The translations under genes and the position numbers were made by a program. From Candidatus Poseidoniaceae archaeon (GTDB lineage Archaea; Thermoplasmatota; Poseidoniia; Poseidoniales; Poseidoniaceae), in assembly GCA_028356125.1 (NCBI GenBank), contig JAOMTZ010000006.1:3350-67349 (forward strand): DNA of 64,000 nt, in the 5' to 3' direction. The notes beneath the pieces are model-generated. The model ran no database searches, was not told where the DNA came from, and saw only the letters and a program-made list of their open reading frames with translations. Every line of letters starts with the position of its first letter. The first letter of the stretch is position 1. This document shows positions 1 to 9,424 of this stretch, piece by piece.

Positions 1-1
1 T

Positions 2-139
2 TGTATTTACGGTGGATTATTGTTGCAAGATTATACATCTGGGGTAGTTTTGTGGGCCACTAGGCTGTGTATAATGCCGATTGCAATCTTGGTTACAGTA
101 GAAGGCGTTGGCCGTATTATTCAGGCCATCTATACGAAA
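2..139 (+). CDS. Possible 3' end of a CDS that begins upstream of the window (hydrophobic C-terminus ...LVTVEGVGRIIQAIYTK*)
   Basis: Open frame from the window edge to a TAA at 137-139. No start is visible, so it is probably a partial gene. Confidence 0.2.
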
Positions 140-142
140 TAA

Positions 143-1291
143 TCACTCTCTAGTAGAGAATGAAGATTCGATAAGTCCCCAGAATCTTTGCCAAGGTACT
201 ATGAATCTTAGTAGCGCCATAATTCCCAAGAATAGTAGTGCAGATATTACCAGCCCGTAGGTGAGGGTCAATTCAATAGATTCTCCAACCTGGGCGGCCC
301 ATTGAGATCCAGTTATACCACCGACTAAATCTAGGAGTACTCCGTGGAAACCTAACGCAATTGTGGTTGTAACTACAGTTAGTGATAGGAAGATTGCAGT
401 GTGTCTTAGATGCCCATTAAGCAAATTGTCCATCTGAGCAACATATTCGGGGTCTCTTTTACAGGAGTCAGGAAGCCTGTACGCATACTCTAGTTGTCTG
501 ATTACTCCAAATGCAGACTCTTGGAAAACCATCATCAGACAAGCGATTAGAATTAGTGACAGTTGCTCAGTTGTTACCAAACCAAACACTGTTGGTTCAG
601 AGACAATAATCTGCAGTGTAGTCAATTGTGTGCCGTAACTGCCTAATTGTGAACGAATTAGAGGGAATGTTAGGATTGCATGAACTCCAAGGAAAAGTAG
701 TGTGAACCCGATAGACCAAGCGACTCCTCGTCGAGAAAGACCCCATATCCCCTTAGTACCAGTGATAATTGGTAGTAGGTAGAATGTAAGAATCACCAGT
801 GACAACATCATCAGAAGTGGCCACTCCAACAATCGAAGAACATCATCAGCAGGGGCACTCCAGCCATCACTGACCAATTGCCAAGCGTATCCGAAAACGA
901 ATCTACCTGCAAGTAACAAAATCATAGTAATTATGACTCCAAGCTTGACTCTTTGTTGGAATTTAGGAGTTTGGAAAGCCAGCAGGGCCATCGATCCACC
1001 AAGGGTCAATCCTAATCCCATCGGGACATAGAACCTAGCAAGTCCATCGCTACCGCTGCCTGTAAGCCAGTCACCTAGTGGGAGTTCAGTACCTAGTCCC
1101 GATTCTAATGTGTCAAACAACAACGTGTGGTCAATACTCCCCACCACATAAGTTGAAACAACTTCCATGTACATCCATACCAATGAAAGAGTTGCCAATA
1201 CTTGAAGAGTGACAATCTGCCATTGAACTCTTAGTTGGCGTAAATGAAGAGAACGGGCACCTTCGCCTTGTGGAGTAACTTCACCTGCCAT
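143..1291 (-). CDS. Polytopic integral membrane protein of unknown function; last gene of the Cdc48-DUF58 operon
   Basis: 382 aa with many hydrophobic helices. Separated by 9 nt from the upstream DUF58 gene on the same strand. Confidence 0.5.
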   Translation of the reverse strand: MAGEVTPQGEGARSLHLRQLRVQWQIVTLQVLATLSLVWMYMEVVSTYVVGSIDHTLLFDTLESGLGTELPLGDWLTGSGSDGLARFYVPMGLGLTLGGSMALLAFQTPKFQQRVKLGVIITMILLLAGRFVFGYAWQLVSDGWSAPADDVLRLLEWPLLMMLSLVILTFYLLPIITGTKGIWGLSRRGVAWSIGFTLLFLGVHAILTFPLIRSQLGSYGTQLTTLQIIVSEPTVFGLVTTEQLSLILIACLMMVFQESAFGVIRQLEYAYRLPDSCKRDPEYVAQMDNLLNGHLRHTAIFLSLTVVTTTIALGFHGVLLDLVGGITGSQWAAQVGESIELTLTYGLVISALLFLGIMALLRFIVPWQRFWGLIESSFSTRE

Positions 1292-1300
1292 TATCTCACC

Positions 1301-2563
1301 TCAATATCCTCTGACCTGCAGCAATGCTTGCGAGAGGTCCATGTCTGGCATCCAATCAATCACTTGGCTACCAAACCCTGCCAAAGATGTAAGTCTGTTT
1401 TGCCTTTCTAGTTTGAGAACCTCATAAGACATTCTTGGAATACGGCTAACGAGCCTTTCAAAGTCGATACTAGACGGGGAAAGAACCGTTACTTCGTGTC
1501 CTCTTCCTACTAGGTCTCTAATCGCAGATGGGACAGTTCCGTCACCTTCACATGATGAAATTACGAATACAGGGCTTCCACGACTGAACCTTGCAGCAAG
1601 GCTGTTAGTAACAGCCTGCAGAGGCATAGTTCCCCTAGGGGCGACTCCTGCAAGTGATGATAGAATCTTGAAATACTGTTTATCTCCGGTATCGGGAGGC
1701 AAGAATGACAACTTTTCATCATATATTGTTAGTGAGACCGAATCACGCCGCTGAATAAAGAAAGAAGCCAGACTTGCAGCAGCGACAGTTCCCATTTCCA
1801 ACGGGTTCTTTAGAACAGTTCCAATCCTAGCAATGTCTCTACTATCTAGGATGATATAGAGATCAGTAACTGCATCTCTACACTTTTCATTAATCATCAA
1901 ATCTCCAGTTCTTGCAAAAGCTTTCCAATTAATATTCTTGAAAGGATCACCAGGTACGTATTCTCTCAGTGAGTAGAACTCAGTTCCAGGACCCGGAGTT
2001 CGTAGTGTAGTAGCTCCTGTGTACATTTTAGCGGTTCTCGAACGGATGAATGCTTCTTCTACATCACGAATCTGTGGGAAAATTATGATGTCAGAGTGGT
2101 GATCAACATACATCTCATCGATTGACAAGTTGAATGTGTTGCGGTATCTCAAAGATACAGGACCAACAGAGTAGTGGCCACGTAGAGGACAACGTAGCAC
2201 ATAGCGGATTCTTGCACTTTCTCCCGGTTTCAAATTTAATCTCATTTGGTTTAGACCGCTTCTCAACTTCATTTCGTGAGGGACGTTATCGTATACCTCT
2301 AATTGCTGAGTTTTGCGTCTGCTTCTGTTTGTGACTAACAATTCAACATACAGGTCATCTCCCTTGTACAGATTATCTGCCGATAGAGTTCTTTGAACTT
2401 CAACGTCTCCGTGTCCACTTACCCATGAATTAACCACGATAAATGCGATGAAGGCAAGACCTAGAATCATCATCTGGTGATTTGAAATCATCATACCGAT
2501 TAGAATCAGAGCGATTCCTCCGGTGAATGTGAATGCTGCCTTACGTGTCCACATCATATCCAC
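1301..2563 (-). CDS. DUF58-domain protein (vWA-like, normally a MoxR-associated partner)
   Basis: Two N-terminal TM helices followed by the classic DUF58 signature GPGTEFYSLREYVPGDPFKNINWKAFARTGDLMINE. Confidence 0.7.
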   Translation of the reverse strand: MDMMWTRKAAFTFTGGIALILIGMMISNHQMMILGLAFIAFIVVNSWVSGHGDVEVQRTLSADNLYKGDDLYVELLVTNRSRRKTQQLEVYDNVPHEMKLRSGLNQMRLNLKPGESARIRYVLRCPLRGHYSVGPVSLRYRNTFNLSIDEMYVDHHSDIIIFPQIRDVEEAFIRSRTAKMYTGATTLRTPGPGTEFYSLREYVPGDPFKNINWKAFARTGDLMINEKCRDAVTDLYIILDSRDIARIGTVLKNPLEMGTVAAASLASFFIQRRDSVSLTIYDEKLSFLPPDTGDKQYFKILSSLAGVAPRGTMPLQAVTNSLAARFSRGSPVFVISSCEGDGTVPSAIRDLVGRGHEVTVLSPSSIDFERLVSRIPRMSYEVLKLERQNRLTSLAGFGSQVIDWMPDMDLSQALLQVRGY

Positions 2564-2564
2564 C

Positions 2565-4181
2565 TCATGTCCTACCCCAGACCTTAATTCGCTTTACTAT
2601 TGCTACTGTCTGTTCTAATGAATAGTTCTTATTTTCAAACACGAATTTAACCAATACTGGGTCATCAATCATGCCTTGTAATTCCCTTGCAGGTAGTGAA
2701 TCAAACTCTTCTCTAGTGAGGCCGTTTTGATTCCGTACTTTAGATAAGAATACTTGCTTAATCTTGTTTGATTTAGCATAGTATGTGTATCTGTTAGCAT
2801 CTCCAAACCCATAGTAGATGATGCTGAAAACGTGGCGCCAAGGCTCAGGGTCTTTCTTCTTCAGTAGCACTCCTTCGAATGCTATGAACAATATTAGGAA
2901 TAGTAGTAACATTGCAAGTCCTTCACCTGTGAAGTATACAAGGAGGAAGTAAACAGTGTTGTATGATTCTGAAGCAATACTCGGCTGAATATGCCTACTT
3001 TCATCGAATATTACCATTGCGTTAGGTGCAACTCCTGGTACCTCATCGCTTTCACCAGTAGCTGTTGGGTCTACGAGAGAATCAGCAATGTAGTCCAGGG
3101 CCCACTTGCGATTATCGTTCCTTGGAATCGGTTTGTCTGCGTCTCCATATTTGCCGTCATTGTATTCTTCATAGTCATACAATGCGTTAGTTAATGCAGA
3201 CCCATCTGAGATGAAAGTTATTCTTCCGCCGTTTACGAAGTTACAATCTTGGGAAATACAAACTTCGATTGAAAGATTAAATTGTCCAAACAGGTCAGGG
3301 TTTGACGAAGTTTGTTCTTCACCGGAGTCTATTCGTCCATCTCCATTGACATCCACAGTTGCTTCAGCTGAAGTAAGTGCTCTAATCTGAGTGGCGCCCA
3401 TTCCGGTTTTGGCATTTTTGATGAGATCGATTCCAGTGATGTTATTCAGAAGAATTTGGTATGAGGCATTGTATTGGATTCCGCCATCCGCCCAATGCTG
3501 CTCACAAACCCCTGCTTCGCTTTTCGGCATATTCCTGCCGTCATATATTTCGCAGATGTGTGCTCCACCATCTCGAATCGACCAACGACTGTGATTATCC
3601 ACACTATTCAGGTCAATTGAGGTTCCATCCATTCCACATGGGGCCTCTTGTACACACATCCAAACGAAGTTGTAGTCCAATTCGTTGACATAGACTGTGT
3701 CATACAATTGCATGCCTTTGAATCTTACACCAAAGGCTTCAGCAATTGACGAGGAGTAACCAAAATCATCCATTACAAGAACATCTCCGCCAGCAAATAC
3801 GAACTCTTTGATAGCGTCTACTTCTGCAGGAGAATATCCATCTTCAGAAGCGAATGTAAGGAATCCATCAGTCGAGAATTGTGGTAGCGAAATAGTATCC
3901 CTCTCAACACCTGCGATGATGAATGTAGTATTACCTGGGTCTTCGATGTCTGCAAGGAGTAATGGCGACGAGACTAATGATTTTGTTTCAATGCCCATGT
4001 CATTAATGTCATAGCGGAATGCAGACATGTCATCCCAGTCTTCTCCGTATGCAGACTGGCCACCTTCGTTGCCTATATTGATGACTTGAGATACAACTGT
4101 AGAGAGTAACATCAGAAGTACGAACCAGAACGCTAACTGAAGAACAAGTCTTCTTCTGTTAAAGCGCGGTTTTTGGTCCAT
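2565..4181 (-). CDS. Membrane-anchored extracytoplasmic protein (N- and C-terminal TM helices; a DUF4350-like partner of DUF58 is possible)
   Basis: 538 aa. N-terminal TM, large Cys-rich domain with a FVFAGGDVLVMDDFG segment, and a C-terminal TM. Stop and start abut the DUF58 gene (1-nt gap). Confidence 0.45.
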   Translation of the reverse strand: MDQKPRFNRRRLVLQLAFWFVLLMLLSTVVSQVINIGNEGGQSAYGEDWDDMSAFRYDINDMGIETKSLVSSPLLLADIEDPGNTTFIIAGVERDTISLPQFSTDGFLTFASEDGYSPAEVDAIKEFVFAGGDVLVMDDFGYSSSIAEAFGVRFKGMQLYDTVYVNELDYNFVWMCVQEAPCGMDGTSIDLNSVDNHSRWSIRDGGAHICEIYDGRNMPKSEAGVCEQHWADGGIQYNASYQILLNNITGIDLIKNAKTGMGATQIRALTSAEATVDVNGDGRIDSGEEQTSSNPDLFGQFNLSIEVCISQDCNFVNGGRITFISDGSALTNALYDYEEYNDGKYGDADKPIPRNDNRKWALDYIADSLVDPTATGESDEVPGVAPNAMVIFDESRHIQPSIASESYNTVYFLLVYFTGEGLAMLLLFLILFIAFEGVLLKKKDPEPWRHVFSIIYYGFGDANRYTYYAKSNKIKQVFLSKVRNQNGLTREEFDSLPARELQGMIDDPVLVKFVFENKNYSLEQTVAIVKRIKVWGRT

Positions 4182-4263
4182 TCATTCACCTCTGGTACAA
4201 GATACAGACAACCGACGCTATCGTATGGGTTTAGAAGGTTGCGTTCAAATGATAATTAGTTGC

Positions 4264-4512
4264 TCATCGTCTAAGCATGATACGTGATGCGATTTGGGCA
4301 ATTTCTTGGGCAGGAACTTGGCAAAAACCATCATCTGTTGGCCAAGGTAATTTTGTAACATCAATTTCAGGCACAACTTCAACTAAAATCTCGGTCACTT
4401 CACCACTTCTAGGATCTATCACAATATCGGATAGGTGGCCGAATAGTTCACCATTAGCATCTACGACTGCACGTCTTAGATACTCACCGCTGAAACTAGA
4501 CATATGCCTCAC
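4264..4512 (-). CDS. PRC-barrel domain protein
   Basis: 82 aa. The ...GHLSDIVIDPRSGEVTEILVEV... pattern is typical of PRC barrels. It lies between Cdc48 and the membrane protein genes. Confidence 0.5.
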   Translation of the reverse strand: MRHMSSFSGEYLRRAVVDANGELFGHLSDIVIDPRSGEVTEILVEVVPEIDVTKLPWPTDDGFCQVPAQEIAQIASRIMLRR

Positions 4513-4567
4513 CCTCGCTATGATGCAATAGACCCAGTCACTTCAATCAACCGGCGAATCAACCTGA

Positions 4568-6799
4568 TTACATCGATTCCATGCCGAATCCAGTATCACG
4601 CGAACGCTTGATATTAGAAAGGCCTGATGTCAAACGCTCTTCCATCTTAGAATAATATTCTAACATTTCTGGAGTCACTGTAGGTCGAACTCTTGTAATC
4701 GCATCTTCGAAGTGACCCTTAGTCACCTTTTTCTTACCTGCTCGCATTGCAATAAGGGCAGCTTCTCTGCAAACTGCTTCGATGTCTGCTCCAGTGAATC
4801 CTTCCATTCCACCAAGGATATCTTTCATCGAGAATGACGATAATGGCATGTCCTTAGCATGGATTTGCATGATTACATCTCTCGCACCTTTGTCTGGCGG
4901 AGGTACGTGGAGTACTCTTTCGAATCTACCACTTCGCAATAGGGCTGGATCGATCATCTCTGGTCGATTTGTAGCAGCGACGACAATAACTCCGTCGAGG
5001 CTTTCGACACCGTCCATACTTGCTAGGAGTTGGTTTACAACTCGGTTAGAAACATCTGAACCGCCACTCTGGGAGTTAGATGAACGCATACCCGCAATCG
5101 ACTCAAATTCATCTAAGAAGATGATTGAAGGAGCAGATTGTTTAGCCTTCTTGAAAATTTCACGAATTGCTTTTTCAGATTCTCCAACCCATTTCGAAAT
5201 CATTTCTGGGCCCTTAATCGATATGAAATTGGCCTTTGCTTCGTTAGCAATTGCTTTAGCAAGCAAAGTCTTTCCAGTTCCCGGTGCACCGAATAGTACA
5301 ATTCCTCGAGGTGGTTTTATTCCGAAGTGTTCAAACAATTCAGGTTTGGTTAATGGCCATTCAACACTTTCCTTCAGCCTTTCTTTAATTTCTGTTAGGC
5401 CTCCGACACTTTCCCATGAAACATCTGGGACTTCAACATAGATTTCTCTTAGTGCACTTGGCTCAATCTCTCTAATAGCAACACGGAAGTCATCCATTCT
5501 AACTTCCATCTTTTCTAGAACCTCAGGGGGAATGGTGTCTTCCTCGAGGTCGATTTCGGGGAGATAGCGACGAAGGGCCTTCATTGCGGCTTCTCTAACA
5601 AGCGCCGCTAAATCAGCTCCTACGAAACCGTATGAGTTCTCCAGTACCCAGTCTACATCAAAGTCGTCAGCGATAGGCATCTGCCTGGTGTGGACGTCAA
5701 GGATTTCCTTTCTACCTTCACGGTCTGGTACTCCAATCTCTATTTCTCGATCGAATCTTCCTGGTCTTCTAAGTGCAGGGTCTAATGCGTCTCTACGATT
5801 TGTAGCACCGATTACGATTACGTTATCTCTTCCTTGCATGCCATCCATTAGAGTAAGCATTTGGGCGACTACTCGCCTTTCAACTTCTCCACTAACATCT
5901 TCACGCTTTGGACAAATTGAATCGATCTCATCTACGAATACAATCGCAGGTGCATTGTTTGCTGCTTCATCGAAAATCTCACGCAATTGTTTTTCAGATT
6001 CTCCATAGTATTTGGAAATAATTTCTGGTCCATTGATTACCGTGAAATGTGCATTTGTTTCTGTAGCCACAGCCTTTGCGATCATTGTTTTACCAGTCCC
6101 TGGCGGTCCGTGCAACAATACTCCTTTGGGGGGGTCGATTCCTAACCTTCTGAATAATTCCGGATGCTTTAGTGGAAGTTCAATCATCTCTCTAACTTTC
6201 AATAACTGAGAGCCAATTCCTCCAATGTCTTCGTATGTTATTCCTTGAGATTGGCCAACATCCTCGTCATCAATTGCTTCATCCTTGATTACAATGTCTG
6301 TGTCGGAATTAACTTGTACAATCCCCTTAGGAGTAGTCTGTAATACCGCGAATGGCAATGCTTCAGCGAATAGTGTCATACCTGGAATAAATATACGGTC
6401 TCCGGCTACTACTGGTCTCTTGTTGAGTCCTCTACGAGCAAACCCTTCAATTCCGGGTCCGAATTTGACTTTCTGCTTGTTTGCCATAACTGGAGAAAGT
6501 ATCAGTTTGGTACATATCTTAGCATCTACCTTGGATACAGTTACTTTGTCACCAAGGCTCACTCCAGCATTTTTCCGGATGATTCCGTCAACTCTAATGA
6601 TATCCATTTTAGCGTCTTCGGGGCGGCTTCTCCAGTAGATGGCAGCGGTAGAGCGGTCGTCTCCCTTAATTTCGATAATATCTCCTGGCTTCAAGTCCAA
6701 TCCATTCTCGCCGCTAATGCGTGCTCGGCCGTGGCCTACATCGCTCGGTATAGCCTTTGAAACCTTCAATGAAATCGATTCACTATCTTTGTCAGACAT
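4568..6799 (-). CDS. cdc48: CDC48/VCP-type AAA+ ATPase (two AAA domains)
   Basis: 743 aa. N-domain, then Walker A GPPGTGKT plus the second-region motif in D1, and GAPGTGKT in D2, with DEID/DEFE Walker B motifs. Confidence 0.9.
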   Translation of the reverse strand: MSDKDSESISLKVSKAIPSDVGHGRARISGENGLDLKPGDIIEIKGDDRSTAAIYWRSRPEDAKMDIIRVDGIIRKNAGVSLGDKVTVSKVDAKICTKLILSPVMANKQKVKFGPGIEGFARRGLNKRPVVAGDRIFIPGMTLFAEALPFAVLQTTPKGIVQVNSDTDIVIKDEAIDDEDVGQSQGITYEDIGGIGSQLLKVREMIELPLKHPELFRRLGIDPPKGVLLHGPPGTGKTMIAKAVATETNAHFTVINGPEIISKYYGESEKQLREIFDEAANNAPAIVFVDEIDSICPKREDVSGEVERRVVAQMLTLMDGMQGRDNVIVIGATNRRDALDPALRRPGRFDREIEIGVPDREGRKEILDVHTRQMPIADDFDVDWVLENSYGFVGADLAALVREAAMKALRRYLPEIDLEEDTIPPEVLEKMEVRMDDFRVAIREIEPSALREIYVEVPDVSWESVGGLTEIKERLKESVEWPLTKPELFEHFGIKPPRGIVLFGAPGTGKTLLAKAIANEAKANFISIKGPEMISKWVGESEKAIREIFKKAKQSAPSIIFLDEFESIAGMRSSNSQSGGSDVSNRVVNQLLASMDGVESLDGVIVVAATNRPEMIDPALLRSGRFERVLHVPPPDKGARDVIMQIHAKDMPLSSFSMKDILGGMEGFTGADIEAVCREAALIAMRAGKKKVTKGHFEDAITRVRPTVTPEMLEYYSKMEERLTSGLSNIKRSRDTGFGMESM

Positions 6800-6901
6800 G
6801 GATTACCCCTCCGGATAGTACATCTTAGTGTAGCATCTACTTAACTCCACGCATCTAACCACAAGCGGTGGATTCATGTTCTGAATGCCGAACGGACGGC
6901 C

Positions 6902-8530
6902 ATGACGCACGTTTTAGAGACCGGCCTAGAATTTCTTGAAAGCAATAACCCCGGTGACCTTCCTAGGGTCAGAGGATACAATATCATCAATGGACAATTA
7001 ACCAACTCGTCCGATGGTTCGACCTTCATTAGTCGTAACCCGGCAGTTTTGGTAGATGAGTTGGGCGAGTTCCCACTTTCTACAAGAGAAGATGTCCATT
7101 CAGCAATCGCAGCAGCCCGTGCAGCATTAGACGGATGGTCAGCAACCCCTGCTCCTACTCGTGGACAAATCATTGGTAACATGGGTCGGTTGTTAATGGA
7201 GCATAAAGATGCAATTGTCGCATTGGAAACTCGTGAAATAGGAAAGACTCTGAAAGAGGCTGCAGGAAGTGTACAGGAAGCTATTGACACATGTTTGTTC
7301 TTCCAATCTGAAGGAAGGCGCCTTTACGGTCAGACTGTTAATTCAGAATTGCCTGACAAAGAGTTGTTCACATACCGTCGAGCACTAGGTGTATGTGGAA
7401 TCATTAATGCATGCAATTTCCCTGCGGCAGTTCCATTCTGGAAGATGATTCCTGCCCTGATTTGTGGAAACACATGTGTTTGGAAGAGCCCTCAAGATGC
7501 ACCGCTACTATCTTTTGCTTTAGCACGTATTATGCACCAAGCAGGATTGCCAAACGGAGTCGTAAACTTAGTTCATGGAAAAGGAAGTGGTGCTGGACAG
7601 TACATTGTCGATGCAGTCGATGAAGGTTTGATCAACAAGATTTCCTTCACCGGTAGTACTGAAGTCGGTAAGGCAATCGGTGAAGTATGCGGTAGAAATC
7701 TAGTTTCATGCAGTCTAGAACTTGGTGGAAAGAACCCTCTAGTTGTCATGCCATCTGCGGATATTGACAACGCTGTAGAAGGTGCTTACTGGGGTGGTTT
7801 TGGAACCGCTGGACAACGCTGTACCAGCCTGGGTAATCTAATCATTCACGAAGACATTTATGATGATTTCATGGAGAAGTTGATGATCAAGGTAAAGAAT
7901 ACCAGAATCGGAGATTCATTGAAACACGATGGTGTCCTTTATGGACCAATGCTATCTGAGAAATACGCTAAGGATTTCTTGAGAGATATTGACATGGTTG
8001 AAGCGGATGGGGCAACTAAACTTTGGGGCAAGGGAAGAATTGCAACTGGAAACACTCCAGACAATTTCCTAGGAACTCCTGAGGATGGAGTTTACATGTG
8101 GCCGCACGTCTATGCAGATGTTACAGAAGACATGCGATGCTTCCACGAAGAAGTATTTGGACCAGCGATTACAGTTGTTAAGGCTAAGGATTTCGATCAT
8201 GCCCTGCATCTAGCAAACGCGTCTCCATATGGTCTTTCTAGCGCTATTTACACCAATGACCGTCTTGAAGCATACCGCTACAAGGTCGGAATCAAAGCAG
8301 GAATGACTGGAATAAATAATTCGACAACAGGCGCTGAAGCTCACCTTCCATTCGGTGGAGTCAAGGGTAGCGGAAACGGTACGAGAGAATCCGGAATCTG
8401 GGTCATCGAAGCATATTCTTACTGGCATGCAGTCAATGACGAATTGTCTGGCAAATTGCAACTAGCACAGATGGATGTTGATGAAATCGAGATGGTTGAA
8501 GCTGAAGTGGACTACACTTCACTTGCTTGA
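6902..8530 (+). CDS. NAD(P)+-dependent aldehyde dehydrogenase family protein
   Basis: ALDH motifs FTGSTEVG and ELGGKNP, a catalytic Cys region and EEVFGP. 542 aa, so the true start may lie slightly downstream. Confidence 0.85.
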   Translation: MTHVLETGLEFLESNNPGDLPRVRGYNIINGQLTNSSDGSTFISRNPAVLVDELGEFPLSTREDVHSAIAAARAALDGWSATPAPTRGQIIGNMGRLLMEHKDAIVALETREIGKTLKEAAGSVQEAIDTCLFFQSEGRRLYGQTVNSELPDKELFTYRRALGVCGIINACNFPAAVPFWKMIPALICGNTCVWKSPQDAPLLSFALARIMHQAGLPNGVVNLVHGKGSGAGQYIVDAVDEGLINKISFTGSTEVGKAIGEVCGRNLVSCSLELGGKNPLVVMPSADIDNAVEGAYWGGFGTAGQRCTSLGNLIIHEDIYDDFMEKLMIKVKNTRIGDSLKHDGVLYGPMLSEKYAKDFLRDIDMVEADGATKLWGKGRIATGNTPDNFLGTPEDGVYMWPHVYADVTEDMRCFHEEVFGPAITVVKAKDFDHALHLANASPYGLSSAIYTNDRLEAYRYKVGIKAGMTGINNSTTGAEAHLPFGGVKGSGNGTRESGIWVIEAYSYWHAVNDELSGKLQLAQMDVDEIEMVEAEVDYTSLA

Positions 8531-8611
8531 ACAACAGCCGAACAGGTCAAAGACCCCTGCACGACTGGCCAGCAATATCCGCCCCCTATGGGGGCGTGGT
8601 TGGTGTACTTA

Positions 8612-9424
8612 ATGGGCGACGGAATCAAACTTCCAATGCTTAACGGCATGGGACGAACCGATAGAATCGACAATTGGTGGGCACAACCTGTTGTTATGGC
8701 CACTGGGCTTACAATTGCCATGATATGGACATTTTGGCGAGTAATATTCTTCTCGGAGCACATCGATTACCACATAGATGGTGCTCATGTTATTTCACCA
8801 ATGTTCTCTCCAAATGTATTGGAATGGGATATGTTCTCCGGATGGGATCACCCTTCCTGGGTTAACGCAGCAGTTCTGATTCTTTGGATACCCTTCTCCT
8901 TCAGAGGCACATGTTACTACATGCGCCGAGTTTACTATCGCACATTCTTCGCAAGCCCAGTAGCTTGCTGGGTCGATGAACCGGAAATCAACAAGAAGAT
9001 TGGCTACCAGGGCGAGAAGAGACTTTTCATTGTCAACAACTTACACCGTTATTTCCTCTACATGGTTATTCCAATTCTGCTAATCAAATGGTGGGACATC
9101 ACTCACACAATGGCTTTCGATAATGATGGATATGGAATTTCAGGTGGAACAATTATTCTTACAGTAGAAGCCGTTTGTCTAACAATGTATGTTACTTCAT
9201 GCCATGCTCTAAGGCATCTTGCCGGTGGAGTTCTTGACCGCTGGGCTAACGGGATTTCAAAAATTAGAGGTGCAATATTTTCTAAGATTAGCATAATCAA
9301 CCGTAGTCACGGGTTTTGGTTCTGGGTATCTCTAACATTCGTATTCGTAGGAGATGCTTGGACGATTGCAGTGTCTAAAGGCATGATTAATGACTTCAGC
9401 CTTATTCTAATCGGAGGTGCTTGA
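8612..9424 (+). CDS. sdhC: Succinate dehydrogenase/fumarate reductase membrane anchor (cytochrome b-like subunit)
   Basis: Polytopic protein with conserved His residues, immediately upstream of and overlapping sdhA. The ORF-track start at 8588 lies inside a hairpin, so 8612 (MGDGIK) is preferred. Confidence 0.5.
   Translation: MGDGIKLPMLNGMGRTDRIDNWWAQPVVMATGLTIAMIWTFWRVIFFSEHIDYHIDGAHVISPMFSPNVLEWDMFSGWDHPSWVNAAVLILWIPFSFRGTCYYMRRVYYRTFFASPVACWVDEPEINKKIGYQGEKRLFIVNNLHRYFLYMVIPILLIKWWDITHTMAFDNDGYGISGGTIILTVEAVCLTMYVTSCHALRHLAGGVLDRWANGISKIRGAIFSKISIINRSHGFWFWVSLTFVFVGDAWTIAVSKGMINDFSLILIGGA

Noticed and set aside
4782-6638. Several 100-220-aa plus-strand ORFs inside the cdc48 gene
   Set aside because: They are antisense to a clearly conserved AAA+ ATPase CDS, with low-complexity Ser/Pro-rich translations. 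These are typical spurious antisense frames.
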